64,000 nt of DNA, from contig JAZNUB010000069.1 in the NCBI GenBank assembly GCA_045592105.1, positions 114,273-178,272 on the forward strand, read 5' to 3'. The position numbers and the translations under genes were made by a program. Shown one piece after another: positions 19,884-28,537 of the stretch (positions are counted from its first letter, which is position 1; each line of letters opens with the position of its first letter). Source of the DNA: Eubacteriales bacterium (GTDB lineage Bacteria; Bacillota; Clostridia; Oscillospirales; CAG-382). Under the pieces are notes generated by a model, which had not been told where the DNA came from, ran no database searches, and saw only the letters and a program-made list of their open reading frames with translations.

Positions 19884-21230
19884 ATGTTTAAAAGGTTTGT
19901 TTCTGTTGCGATAGTGCTTGTTTTAACCCTTTCTGTATTGGCTTCTTGCTCGGAAGGGCTTAAAACTATGGAAATGGGGGACGTTTCTGTTGACAGCGTT
20001 GATGTTGTTGTAAGTGATACCTCCAAGGTTTTTGCTACGGACAGTAACTATATAAGCGATTCTCTTTTTAAGTATCTTTATGTCTACTTTAAAGATGCGT
20101 TCCTTTCGCAGGCTATGTATTATGAATCAATGGGCGTTTCCGTTACAGGGGACGAAAGCATTAAAGCGGGCGATACAGAAGCTTTTTGGAATTGTAAATA
20201 CGAGGACGGAGAGGACGGAAAACCCGTAACAATGAAGGATTACGTTTATGAAAACGCCTTTAACGTTGCAAAGGATATACTTGCGCTTGAAACCGTTGCT
20301 AAAGACTATAAGTTTATATATCCCGATGATTACCAAAAGGATTTAGAAGCCGCAATTTACAGCGATGTTGAAGCTAACGGCTCTAACTATCTTGATGGCG
20401 ATATGGAATTTGCTGATGAAGAGGGCGTTGTTTATCCGTGGGTAAAAGCAAGGCGCGAAATGTACCTTGCAAGCAAGGGCATTACCGCTGAGGAGTGGGA
20501 GCGCGTATTTTTCCTATATAAAACGGTTTTTGCCGAAAATATTATGCAACATCTTGAGTTTGTTGGCGTTATAGCGCCTGAAGCCGATGAAGAAATAGAC
20601 AAGATGGCGCGCGAATATTTAGAGGAAATGCTTGAAAACTATTTAAAAGACAACGCTAAGGTTGATATATTGTTTTACGAGTACAAGGCTGTTAAAGACG
20701 AAGCACAATCTAAAAGCTCTGAAAGCACTGATAGCGTTAGCGAGGATGCGTCTTTAGACAACAGCGATGATGTATCAAATGACGATATAAGCGAAGATAC
20801 TTCTGAAGACGAGCTTCCGCCTGAAGAGTACAATGAACAACTAAAGGAAAACTGCCAAGCGGTGCTTGAAAGCATAATTGATGGCACGCTTTCTTTTGAC
20901 GACGAAAGCAAAAACGCCGATAACAGCAGTAAGGATTCTATCGTTACAAAAGCCAGCCTTGCAGAGGCTTTGGGCGAAAAAGCAAAGGAATGTAAGAAAG
21001 GCGATATAAAGCTTTTTGATACCGACCACGGCATTTATATTTTGATATTTAAAGAATTAACCGAGGTTGATTTTGGCAGAACCACGGTTCCAACCGAGAA
21101 GGAGATAGAGGAATTTAAGGCCCAAAGCCTTGAGGTTGCACTTAACGATTTCCTTGAAAAGTACAACGAAGCGGTTGTAATAAACGAAGAGGCACTTGAA
21201 AAATATAACCGTCCTTGGGAAATAAAATAA
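19884..21230 (+). CDS. Acidic lipoprotein, divergent PrsA/SurA-like foldase (copy 1)
   Basis: Lipobox LASC; FWN motif; degenerate parvulin tail GDIKLFDTDHGIYIL; position after mfd. Confidence 0.6.
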   Translation: MFKRFVSVAIVLVLTLSVLASCSEGLKTMEMGDVSVDSVDVVVSDTSKVFATDSNYISDSLFKYLYVYFKDAFLSQAMYYESMGVSVTGDESIKAGDTEAFWNCKYEDGEDGKPVTMKDYVYENAFNVAKDILALETVAKDYKFIYPDDYQKDLEAAIYSDVEANGSNYLDGDMEFADEEGVVYPWVKARREMYLASKGITAEEWERVFFLYKTVFAENIMQHLEFVGVIAPEADEEIDKMAREYLEEMLENYLKDNAKVDILFYEYKAVKDEAQSKSSESTDSVSEDASLDNSDDVSNDDISEDTSEDELPPEEYNEQLKENCQAVLESIIDGTLSFDDESKNADNSSKDSIVTKASLAEALGEKAKECKKGDIKLFDTDHGIYILIFKELTEVDFGRTTVPTEKEIEEFKAQSLEVALNDFLEKYNEAVVINEEALEKYNRPWEIK

Positions 21231-21241
21231 TGAGGAAAAAC

Positions 21242-22288
21242 ATGAAACGAATTATAGCATTTATATTGTTAAGCGCAACGCTTCTGTTGTCGGCTTGCGG
21301 CGATGCTGATGGCGTTATAAACGATCCTAACGCAAAGCCGATAGTTGATAACGCCGATACCGTTGTTATGTCCTACGAGGGAAGCACGCTTAATTCGGGG
21401 ATGTATGCGTTTATCTTTTCGGCGCTTAAAACAAATTATCTCTATTTGTTGCAGATATACGGCGAAACCGAGTTTGTAGAGGACACCGAAAGCTTTTGGA
21501 ATATGAAAGCTGAAAGCGGTAAAACCTTTGCACAGTCCGTAACGGAGGATATTAACGAGCATTGCAAGATGCTGCTTATATGTGAAAAAATGGCATCTGA
21601 GTATAGCGTTAGCTTGGACGAAGAAGCTTTAGAGGCTGTTGCGGACGAGTACAACGATTATATTTCTGCATACGGTGGCGAAAAACAGCTTGACGTGTAT
21701 CTTAACAGATACGGTATAAACGGCAAAGATTTAACCGATTATCTAAAAACGAAGCAGATGATAAACGTTTTGCAAACAAAGCTTTGTGCTAAAGGCGGGC
21801 TTTGCGAGGTTAAGGATGCGGATGTATACAGCAGCATTGAAAAAGAATATGTAAAAGCAAAGCATATCTATTTTCTAAACAGCAAATATGATAACAAAGC
21901 TTTGGACAAGGCAAACGAACTGCTTGCACAAATAAAAAACGGTGAAAAAAAGTATGAGGATTTTGCATCACTATCCGACGATAATTCCACCAAGGATTAT
22001 CCGAACGGCTTTCTTGTAAACCTTGATGAAACCGAGGAGCGTTATGCAGAGCTTTTGTCTAAGCTTTCGGTTGGTGAATGCGGAGTGTGCGAGGCAGAGG
22101 GCGGAGCGTATATCGTAACCAAGGTTGAGATGACGGAGGAGGACAAAAAAACGCGGTATGATGCTGTTTGGAAAGAAATTGCAGACAAGCAGTTTTCCGA
22201 AGTGTTTGCTAACCGTTATGACCAAGTTGAGCTAAACGCCGAAGAGCTTAATAAATACGATATAATAACGGCAGATGTGTTGCAGTAG
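21242..22288 (+). CDS. PrsA/SurA-like lipoprotein foldase (copy 2)
   Basis: Lipobox LSAC; SurA-N-like helices; YVKAKHIYF..LSDD..GAYIV parvulin-like segment. Confidence 0.7.
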   Translation: MKRIIAFILLSATLLLSACGDADGVINDPNAKPIVDNADTVVMSYEGSTLNSGMYAFIFSALKTNYLYLLQIYGETEFVEDTESFWNMKAESGKTFAQSVTEDINEHCKMLLICEKMASEYSVSLDEEALEAVADEYNDYISAYGGEKQLDVYLNRYGINGKDLTDYLKTKQMINVLQTKLCAKGGLCEVKDADVYSSIEKEYVKAKHIYFLNSKYDNKALDKANELLAQIKNGEKKYEDFASLSDDNSTKDYPNGFLVNLDETEERYAELLSKLSVGECGVCEAEGGAYIVTKVEMTEEDKKTRYDAVWKEIADKQFSEVFANRYDQVELNAEELNKYDIITADVLQ

Positions 22289-22308
22289 CTCATACGGGGG
22301 TGTATGAT

Positions 22309-23493
22309 ATGAAGCGGATTTTGGCATTTTTTCTTGTTGCGGTAACCATGCTATCCCTTTGTGCTTGTGAAGCAGAAGGTGAAGAGATTGCTCGTACCGA
22401 TTTTATCATTGACGGTAACAAGGATGTAGGCGACGGCTTTGATTCACTAAAGCAATTTTTGGCTGGTGTGTTTGATGACCCTGATGACATAAAGGAAATG
22501 GCAGGCAACAATGCAGAAGCAGTTGTTGAGTTTGATGATGCCGTTTATCTTCAGATAGGGGAAAACGTATTTCCTACCCGTATGCTCTATTACGCAATTT
22601 CCGTGCTTAAAAGCAGTGAAATTAGTGAGGCACAAACGAATTCCGTAAAGGCTAAAGATAACGACGAATACTGGAACTCTTTGGTTTTTGATCACTATAA
22701 AACACGCAAGGAACTGTTGCTTGAAGCTGCAAAAGAAAACGTTACCAATATGCTTATAACCATGGATATAATGAAGGAATACGGTTTTACTGAGAGTAAT
22801 AACTATATATATTCCTATGAAAGCATCCTTGCAAACTATGGCTCTGAGCAAGCCATAGAGGATTATTTCGGCGCGTATGGGTTAAGTGCAGAGCTATATA
22901 AAAAATACCTTCGTTACATCAGCGCTTATAACGAGTTTAAAGAGTATCTTATCGGGGCAGACGGCCCGCTTTTTCCGAGTGATGACGAGGTGAAGAAGCA
23001 CTTTTACGAAAGATGCATGTACTTCGAGCAGATATATATCAGCTATACCACCATTGACGAAAACGGATTTATAGTTTATAAATCTGATGAAGAAATTCAA
23101 GCCGCGCGTGAACGAGGCGAAAAGCTATATGCACAAATACAGCAAAACCCTGAAATGTTTGACCGTAGCCTGTATTTAACAGAGCATAGCCTTTGGTCTG
23201 AAAACCCTATGGGGTATTGTTATGCCCCGGGTGAAATAATACCGGAGCTTGAAAATTTGTATTTTGATCTTGATGTTGGCGAGATTGGCGTTCTTGATTC
23301 TCCCATTGGGTACTATATAATAAGACCTAAGGAGAAAACGGACGAGGTTTATGAAGGCAACAATATGTTTATTGCCGAGAGTTTGCGTACAGAAATGTAC
23401 CAAAAAGAAATTGATAAATATCGTGATAAGCTTATCGTAAACGAGGATCAGTTTACAAGATATGATTATCTTGATATAATTTTATTAAGCTAA
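22309..23493 (+). CDS. PrsA/SurA-like lipoprotein foldase (copy 3)
   Basis: Lipobox LCAC; YWN; GEIIPELENLYFDLDVGEIGVLDSPIGYYIIR parvulin-like segment. Confidence 0.65.
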   Translation: MKRILAFFLVAVTMLSLCACEAEGEEIARTDFIIDGNKDVGDGFDSLKQFLAGVFDDPDDIKEMAGNNAEAVVEFDDAVYLQIGENVFPTRMLYYAISVLKSSEISEAQTNSVKAKDNDEYWNSLVFDHYKTRKELLLEAAKENVTNMLITMDIMKEYGFTESNNYIYSYESILANYGSEQAIEDYFGAYGLSAELYKKYLRYISAYNEFKEYLIGADGPLFPSDDEVKKHFYERCMYFEQIYISYTTIDENGFIVYKSDEEIQAARERGEKLYAQIQQNPEMFDRSLYLTEHSLWSENPMGYCYAPGEIIPELENLYFDLDVGEIGVLDSPIGYYIIRPKEKTDEVYEGNNMFIAESLRTEMYQKEIDKYRDKLIVNEDQFTRYDYLDIILLS

Positions 23494-23520
23494 TAATTAA
23501 ATAAAGGATAGGTAATTAAT

Positions 23521-24690
23521 ATGACCGCCAGAGAAGTTTATGAAAACATAATGAGAGACGCAATTTCCGTGTACTCTGCAGAAGGGCTTTTGGAAAAGCT
23601 TGAAAGCGGAAAGAAGTTGCGTATTAAAATGGGTGCAGATCCCAGCAGGCCTGACTTGCATTTGGGCCATTCCGTTCCTCTTAGAAAGCTTAAGCTGCTT
23701 CAAGAGTTAGGGCATGAGATAGTTTTTGTAATCGGTGACTTTACTGCCATGATAGGTGACCCTTCGGGCAGAAGCAAAACAAGAGTGCCGCTTACCTACG
23801 AACAAACACGTGAAAACAGCTTGTCCTACTATGAACAGGTATGTAAAATATTAGATAAAGAAAAGACCACTATCGTTTATAACTCCGAATGGCTTAAGGC
23901 TATGAATTTTGAGGATGTATTGTCGCTTGCAGGTAAATACACCTTGGCGCGCATACTTGAAAGAGATGATTTTGCAAAGCGTTACGCGGCTAATCAGCCT
24001 ATAGGTATGCACGAGATGTTCTATCCTCTTATGCAGGGCTATGACTCAGTTGCGCTTAATGCAGACGTTGAAATCGGCGGTAACGACCAAACCTTTAATC
24101 TGCTTGTTGGCAGAGAATTGCAAAAGGATTACGGTCAAACTCCGCAAGAGGTTATAACCTTCCCCTTGCTTCCGGGGCTTGACGGCGTTGAGAAGATGAG
24201 TAAATCTCTTGATAACTACATAGGTATTGACGAAGCGCCTGAAATTATGTACGAAAAGTGTATGAAGGTTCCAGATAAGCTGTTGCTTACATATTTCCGT
24301 TTGACCTCTGATCTTGTTGAGACGGACTATGCAGAGCTTATTGAAAAGGACATTATGGCAGCACACCGTTTGTATGCAGAAGCAATTGTTCGTATGTATC
24401 ACGGCGAAGATGCTGTTGCACCCGCCGCTGAAAGATATAAGAGCATTGCAGGTGGCGGCGTTCCGGACGAAATGGACGAGTACGAATGTGCAGTTGGCAC
24501 AAGAGTAACAGATATCCTGCGTGAAAGCGGTTTGGCACCCTCCGGTAGCGAAGCGAGAAGGCTTATGCAAGGCGGCGGCGTAAAAATCAATGGTGAGCAG
24601 GTTAAGGACCCTAATACCACGTTTGCTTCTAATGGTGACTACGTTGTTAGCAAGGGTAAAAATAAATTTATAAAGGTTATTGTTAAGTAA
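23521..24690 (+). CDS. tyrS: Tyrosine--tRNA ligase
   Basis: GADPSRPDLHLGH, YPLMQGYD, KMSKS, C-terminal S4 domain. Confidence 0.96.
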   Translation: MTAREVYENIMRDAISVYSAEGLLEKLESGKKLRIKMGADPSRPDLHLGHSVPLRKLKLLQELGHEIVFVIGDFTAMIGDPSGRSKTRVPLTYEQTRENSLSYYEQVCKILDKEKTTIVYNSEWLKAMNFEDVLSLAGKYTLARILERDDFAKRYAANQPIGMHEMFYPLMQGYDSVALNADVEIGGNDQTFNLLVGRELQKDYGQTPQEVITFPLLPGLDGVEKMSKSLDNYIGIDEAPEIMYEKCMKVPDKLLLTYFRLTSDLVETDYAELIEKDIMAAHRLYAEAIVRMYHGEDAVAPAAERYKSIAGGGVPDEMDEYECAVGTRVTDILRESGLAPSGSEARRLMQGGGVKINGEQVKDPNTTFASNGDYVVSKGKNKFIKVIVK

Positions 24691-24701
24691 TACGGCATTT
24701 G

Positions 24702-24736
24702 GGCTGCTTTAGGTTTAATACTAAAGCGGCCTTTTT
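24702..24736 (+). terminator. tyrS terminator
   Basis: GGCTGCTTTAG..CTAAAGCGGCC followed by TTTTT. Confidence 0.8.
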
Positions 24737-24801
24737 GTGCGTTTTGTGAAAATTGTATATTTAATGCAACAGGAAGTTATAAAATTCGACAGATTGACGG
24801 C

Positions 24802-24830
24802 TTGATTTTTGTCTTATTTGTGATTATAAT
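24802..24830 (+). promoter_or_regulatory. Sigma-A promoter of the xpt operon
   Basis: TTGATT-17-TATAAT about 170 nt upstream of xpt. Confidence 0.65.
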
Positions 24831-24893
24831 ATACTTATATTTTGTTACGTCAGTTTGCCAATATTGTTACGGTTGTTGTTATTTATTAGTATG

Positions 24894-24986
24894 CAAGCAA
24901 GCGCCTATTGGTTCTAATTCTGGTAACCGCTTTAGTGCTTTGCTTGTCGTTAATGCTGTTGCATCAAGGCAAGCGATTTTTATTTT
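24894..24986 (+). promoter_or_regulatory. 5' leader attenuator (terminator plus overlapping alternative stem)
   Basis: Terminator TTGCTTGTC(24940-48)/GGCAAGCGA(24968-76) plus T-run; competing stem CAAGCAAGCGC(24894-904)/GTGCTTTGCTTG(24935-46). Confidence 0.65.
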
Positions 24987-24999
24987 GCGGTGGTGCTTA

Positions 25000-25569
25000 A
25001 TGAAAACATTAGAGCAAAAAATTCTTAACGAGGGCAAGCTTATGCCCGGAAACATTCTAAACGTAGGATGTTTTTTGAACCAACAGCTTGATTGCTCTTT
25101 TCTTATGGAGATGGGGCAGGAAATTAAAAGCTTGTTTAACGGCTGTGGCGTTACAAAGGTTTTAACTATTGAGGCTTCGGGTATTGCTATCGCCGTTGCC
25201 GCGGGTGCCGCGTTAGGCGTTCCTGCCGTATTTGCTAAAAAGCATCGTTCGGGTAACGTTGCAGGCGGTGTTTATCGCGCTTCCGTTCATTCCTATACGC
25301 ACGGTAACGATTATGAGGCGGTAGTGCCTGCTTTGTATTTAGATGAAAGCGATAAAGTTTTGATAATAGACGATTTTCTTGCCAATGGCGAGGCTTTGCG
25401 CGGGCTTATCAATATCGTTAGTCAGGCAGGTGCAACGCTTGTTGGCGCAGCCGTAGCTATTGAAAAGGGCTTTCAAGGCGGCGGTGATTCGCTTAGAGCG
25501 CAGGGCATACGTGTTGAGGCGTTGGCGCTGATTGATAGGTTTGAAAACAACACGGTTGTTTTTCGTTAA
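25000..25569 (+). CDS. xpt: Xanthine phosphoribosyltransferase
   Basis: FLNQQLD, LTIEASGI, FAKK, IIDDFLANG PRPP motif, IEKGFQGG. Confidence 0.92.
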   Translation: MKTLEQKILNEGKLMPGNILNVGCFLNQQLDCSFLMEMGQEIKSLFNGCGVTKVLTIEASGIAIAVAAGAALGVPAVFAKKHRSGNVAGGVYRASVHSYTHGNDYEAVVPALYLDESDKVLIIDDFLANGEALRGLINIVSQAGATLVGAAVAIEKGFQGGGDSLRAQGIRVEALALIDRFENNTVVFR

Positions 25570-25614
25570 GGTAGTATGTAATTAATTTACATAAAAAATT
25601 TATGGAGGAAAATT

Positions 25615-26859
25615 ATGAAAAAGATCCTTTCTGCTTTACTTGTATTAGTAATGCTCCTTTCTCTCGCTGCTTGTGCAGGCGGTAACGAAGCTGATCCTTC
25701 TACCGACGCAAGTACTTCTACCGATGCGGCTGATGTTGACCTTTCCAAGGTTAAAGTTGGCCTTATCTGCTTGCATGACGAAAACTCCACCTACGACCTT
25801 AACTTCTTAAATGCAATGAAGGAATCCATGAAGGCTCTCGGCCTTAAGGAAGACCAAATCATTTACAAGAAGAACGTTCCCGAAAAGAATGAGTGCTACG
25901 AAGCAGCTGTTGACCTTGCAGACCGTGGCTGTACCATCATTTTTGCTAACTCCTTTGGTCATGAGCCTTATATGATTCAGGCTGCTAAAGAGTTCAAGAA
26001 TGTTCAGTTCTGCCATGCTACCGGTACAAGAGCACACACCGAAGGCCTTTCTAACTACCACAACGCATTTGCTTCCATCTATGAAGGCAGATACCTTGCA
26101 GGTATCGCTGCTGGCATGAAGCTTAACGAGATGATCGCTGCCGGCAAGTTCACTGCTGAAGAAGCAAAGATGGGCTACGTTGGCGCATTCACCTATGCTG
26201 AAGTTATTTCCGGCTACACCTCCTTCTACCTTGGTGCAAAGTCTGTTTGCCCCACCGTTACCATGGAAGTTCAGTTCACCGGTTCTTGGTATGATGAAGC
26301 TAAGGAAAAAGAAGCTGCTATAAAGCTTATCGAAAACGGTTGTAAGCTTATAAGCCAGCATGCTGACTCTATGGGTGCTCCTACCGCTTGTGAAGACAGA
26401 GGCGTTCCCAATGTTTCCTACAACGGTTCCACCATCGCAGCTTGCCCCAAGACCTTCATCGTTTCTTCTCGTATCGATTGGTCTGTATACTACAACTTCG
26501 CAATCACCAGCTCTGCTAAGGGCGAAGCTATCCCTGCTGACTGGTGCGGCGGTATAAAGGAAGGCTCTGTTGTTCTTACCGACGTTAATGCTGACGTTGC
26601 TGCAGAAGGCACACAGGCTGCTATCGATGCTGCTATTGAAAAGTTCAAGGCTGGCACTCTCAACGTATTTGACACCGCTACCTTCACCAAGGATGGCGCT
26701 GCTCTCACCACCTATAAGGCTGACGTTGATACCGATGATAAGTACACTCCCGATACCGAAGTTATCGAAAACGGTGTGTTCTTCGAATCTAAATTCCGTT
26801 CTGCTCCTTACTTTGATGTAAGAATTGACGGCATTAAGACTTTGAACGAAGAGTTCTAA
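25615..26859 (+). CDS. BMP-family (purine) nucleoside ABC transporter substrate-binding lipoprotein
   Basis: Lipobox LAAC; IIFANSFG, YEGRYLAGIAAG, TGSWYD. Confidence 0.88.
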   Translation: MKKILSALLVLVMLLSLAACAGGNEADPSTDASTSTDAADVDLSKVKVGLICLHDENSTYDLNFLNAMKESMKALGLKEDQIIYKKNVPEKNECYEAAVDLADRGCTIIFANSFGHEPYMIQAAKEFKNVQFCHATGTRAHTEGLSNYHNAFASIYEGRYLAGIAAGMKLNEMIAAGKFTAEEAKMGYVGAFTYAEVISGYTSFYLGAKSVCPTVTMEVQFTGSWYDEAKEKEAAIKLIENGCKLISQHADSMGAPTACEDRGVPNVSYNGSTIAACPKTFIVSSRIDWSVYYNFAITSSAKGEAIPADWCGGIKEGSVVLTDVNADVAAEGTQAAIDAAIEKFKAGTLNVFDTATFTKDGAALTTYKADVDTDDKYTPDTEVIENGVFFESKFRSAPYFDVRIDGIKTLNEEF

Positions 26860-26877
26860 TTCTTTCAAGAATTTAAT

Positions 26878-26956
26878 AAGGCGGGGCGATACCGTCCCGC
26901 CTTGTAATGTTTAAAACCTCGAAAACGGTGCCAATTTTCTTGGCACCGCTTTCGAG
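26878..26956 (+). promoter_or_regulatory. Two intercistronic stem-loops (mRNA stabiliser or partial terminator)
   Basis: AAGGCGGGGCG/CGTCCCGCCTT and CTCGAAAACGGTGCCA/TGGCACCGCTTTCGAG. Confidence 0.6.
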
Positions 26957-26980
26957 ATTGTGAACACAGGGGGGCTATAA

Positions 26981-28537
26981 GTGAGCGAAAACGTAAATAT
27001 TGCATTAGAGCTAAAAGGCATCACAAAAACCTTTGGAAGCGTTGTTGCCAATGAAAATGTTGATTTAACGGTTCGCCGTGGTGAGATACTTTCTATCCTT
27101 GGTGAAAACGGAAGCGGTAAAACAACGTTGATGAATATGATATCCGGTATTTATTATCCTGATAGCGGCCAAATATTTATTAACGGGGAAGAGGTTGTTA
27201 TTAGCTCTCCGAAGGACGCTTTTAAGTATAAAATTGGTATGATACATCAGCATTTTAAGCTTGTTGATGTTTTTTCTGCTACTGAAAATATCGTGCTTGG
27301 TTTAAACGAAGGTAACGTTTTAGACATTAAAAGCGCAGAAAAAAAAGTGCATGATATTAGTGCCACCTATGGCTTTGATATAGACCCCAAAAAGAAGATA
27401 TATCAAATGTCTGTATCCGAAAAGCAAACGGTAGAAATAATAAAGGTTTTGTATCGCGGTGCGGACATTCTTATACTGGACGAGCCTACTGCGGTTTTAA
27501 CCCCTCAGGAAACGAGAAAGCTATTCAACATTTTAAGAAAAATGCGTGATAGCGGCAAATCTATAATAATTATTACGCATAAGCTTCACGAGGTAATGGA
27601 GCTTTCTGATAGAGTTTCCGTTTTGTGCAAGGGTAAGTACGTTGGCACTGTTAACACGGCAGAAACTACCGAGAATTTGCTAACCGAAATGATGGTTGGT
27701 AAAAAAGTGGAGCTTAATATTACAAGAAATATGCCCAAAGATTCTCAGCCGCGCCTTGAGGTTAAAAACCTTAACTGCGTAAGCCGTGAGGGCGTTAAGG
27801 TGCTTGATAACGTAACGTTTACTGTGTATTCGGGCGAGATTCTTGGTATTGCAGGTATCGCAGGAAGCGGTCAGCGCGAGCTGTTGGAGGCTATTGCAGG
27901 CTTACAGCACGTTTCCGGCGGTGAGATACTTTATAATAACCCTCGTGATAATACAACAGAAAACCTTAGGGATAAAACTCCTATACAGATAAGGAATTTA
28001 GGTGTTCGTCTTTCGTTTGTACCTGAAGATAGGCTTGGTATGGGCCTTGTTGGCAACATGGACATCGTTGATAATATGATGCTTAGAAGCTACGGCAAGG
28101 GTAACACGATGTTTTTGCAAAGAAAGCAACCTAAAAACCTTGCAGAGGATATTATTCAGCGCTTGGAGGTTGTTACCCCCGGTGCCTCCACCCCCGTGCG
28201 CAGGCTTTCCGGCGGTAACGTTCAAAAGGTGCTTGTTGGGCGTGAGATTGCGTCCTCTCCCACGGTTTTGATGGCGGCTTACCCTGTTAGAGGCTTGGAT
28301 ATAAACTCATCATACACGATTTATGATTTGCTTAACCAACAAAAGGAAAGCGGTGTTGCAGTTATCTTTGTTGGCGAGGATTTGGACGTGCTTGTAGAGC
28401 TTTGCGACCGTATTCTTGTTATTGGCTCTGGCCATGTAACGGGTATAGTTGATGGCAGAAACACAACAAAGGAAGAAATCGGCTTGCTTATGACAAAGAG
28501 CGTAAGCGCTGATACCGAAGGAGGGAAGAAACAATGA
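26981..28537 (+). CDS. Nucleoside/sugar ABC transporter ATPase (two NBDs)
   Basis: GENGSGKT, LDEPT, LSGGNVQK. Confidence 0.92.
   Translation: MSENVNIALELKGITKTFGSVVANENVDLTVRRGEILSILGENGSGKTTLMNMISGIYYPDSGQIFINGEEVVISSPKDAFKYKIGMIHQHFKLVDVFSATENIVLGLNEGNVLDIKSAEKKVHDISATYGFDIDPKKKIYQMSVSEKQTVEIIKVLYRGADILILDEPTAVLTPQETRKLFNILRKMRDSGKSIIIITHKLHEVMELSDRVSVLCKGKYVGTVNTAETTENLLTEMMVGKKVELNITRNMPKDSQPRLEVKNLNCVSREGVKVLDNVTFTVYSGEILGIAGIAGSGQRELLEAIAGLQHVSGGEILYNNPRDNTTENLRDKTPIQIRNLGVRLSFVPEDRLGMGLVGNMDIVDNMMLRSYGKGNTMFLQRKQPKNLAEDIIQRLEVVTPGASTPVRRLSGGNVQKVLVGREIASSPTVLMAAYPVRGLDINSSYTIYDLLNQQKESGVAVIFVGEDLDVLVELCDRILVIGSGHVTGIVDGRNTTKEEIGLLMTKSVSADTEGGKKQ

Noticed and set aside
24919-24932. T-box-like TGGTAACCGC in the xpt leader
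   Set aside because: It lacks the preceding GG context and any recognisable stem I or specifier loop, and the downstream genes are not amino-acid related.
24802-24999. 66-aa N-terminal extension of Xpt in the ORF track
   Set aside because: It overlaps the promoter and attenuator; homology starts at MKTLEQKI (25000). Similar over-extended starts were trimmed for gap, rpsF, rpmB, iorA/B, yunB and yfbR.
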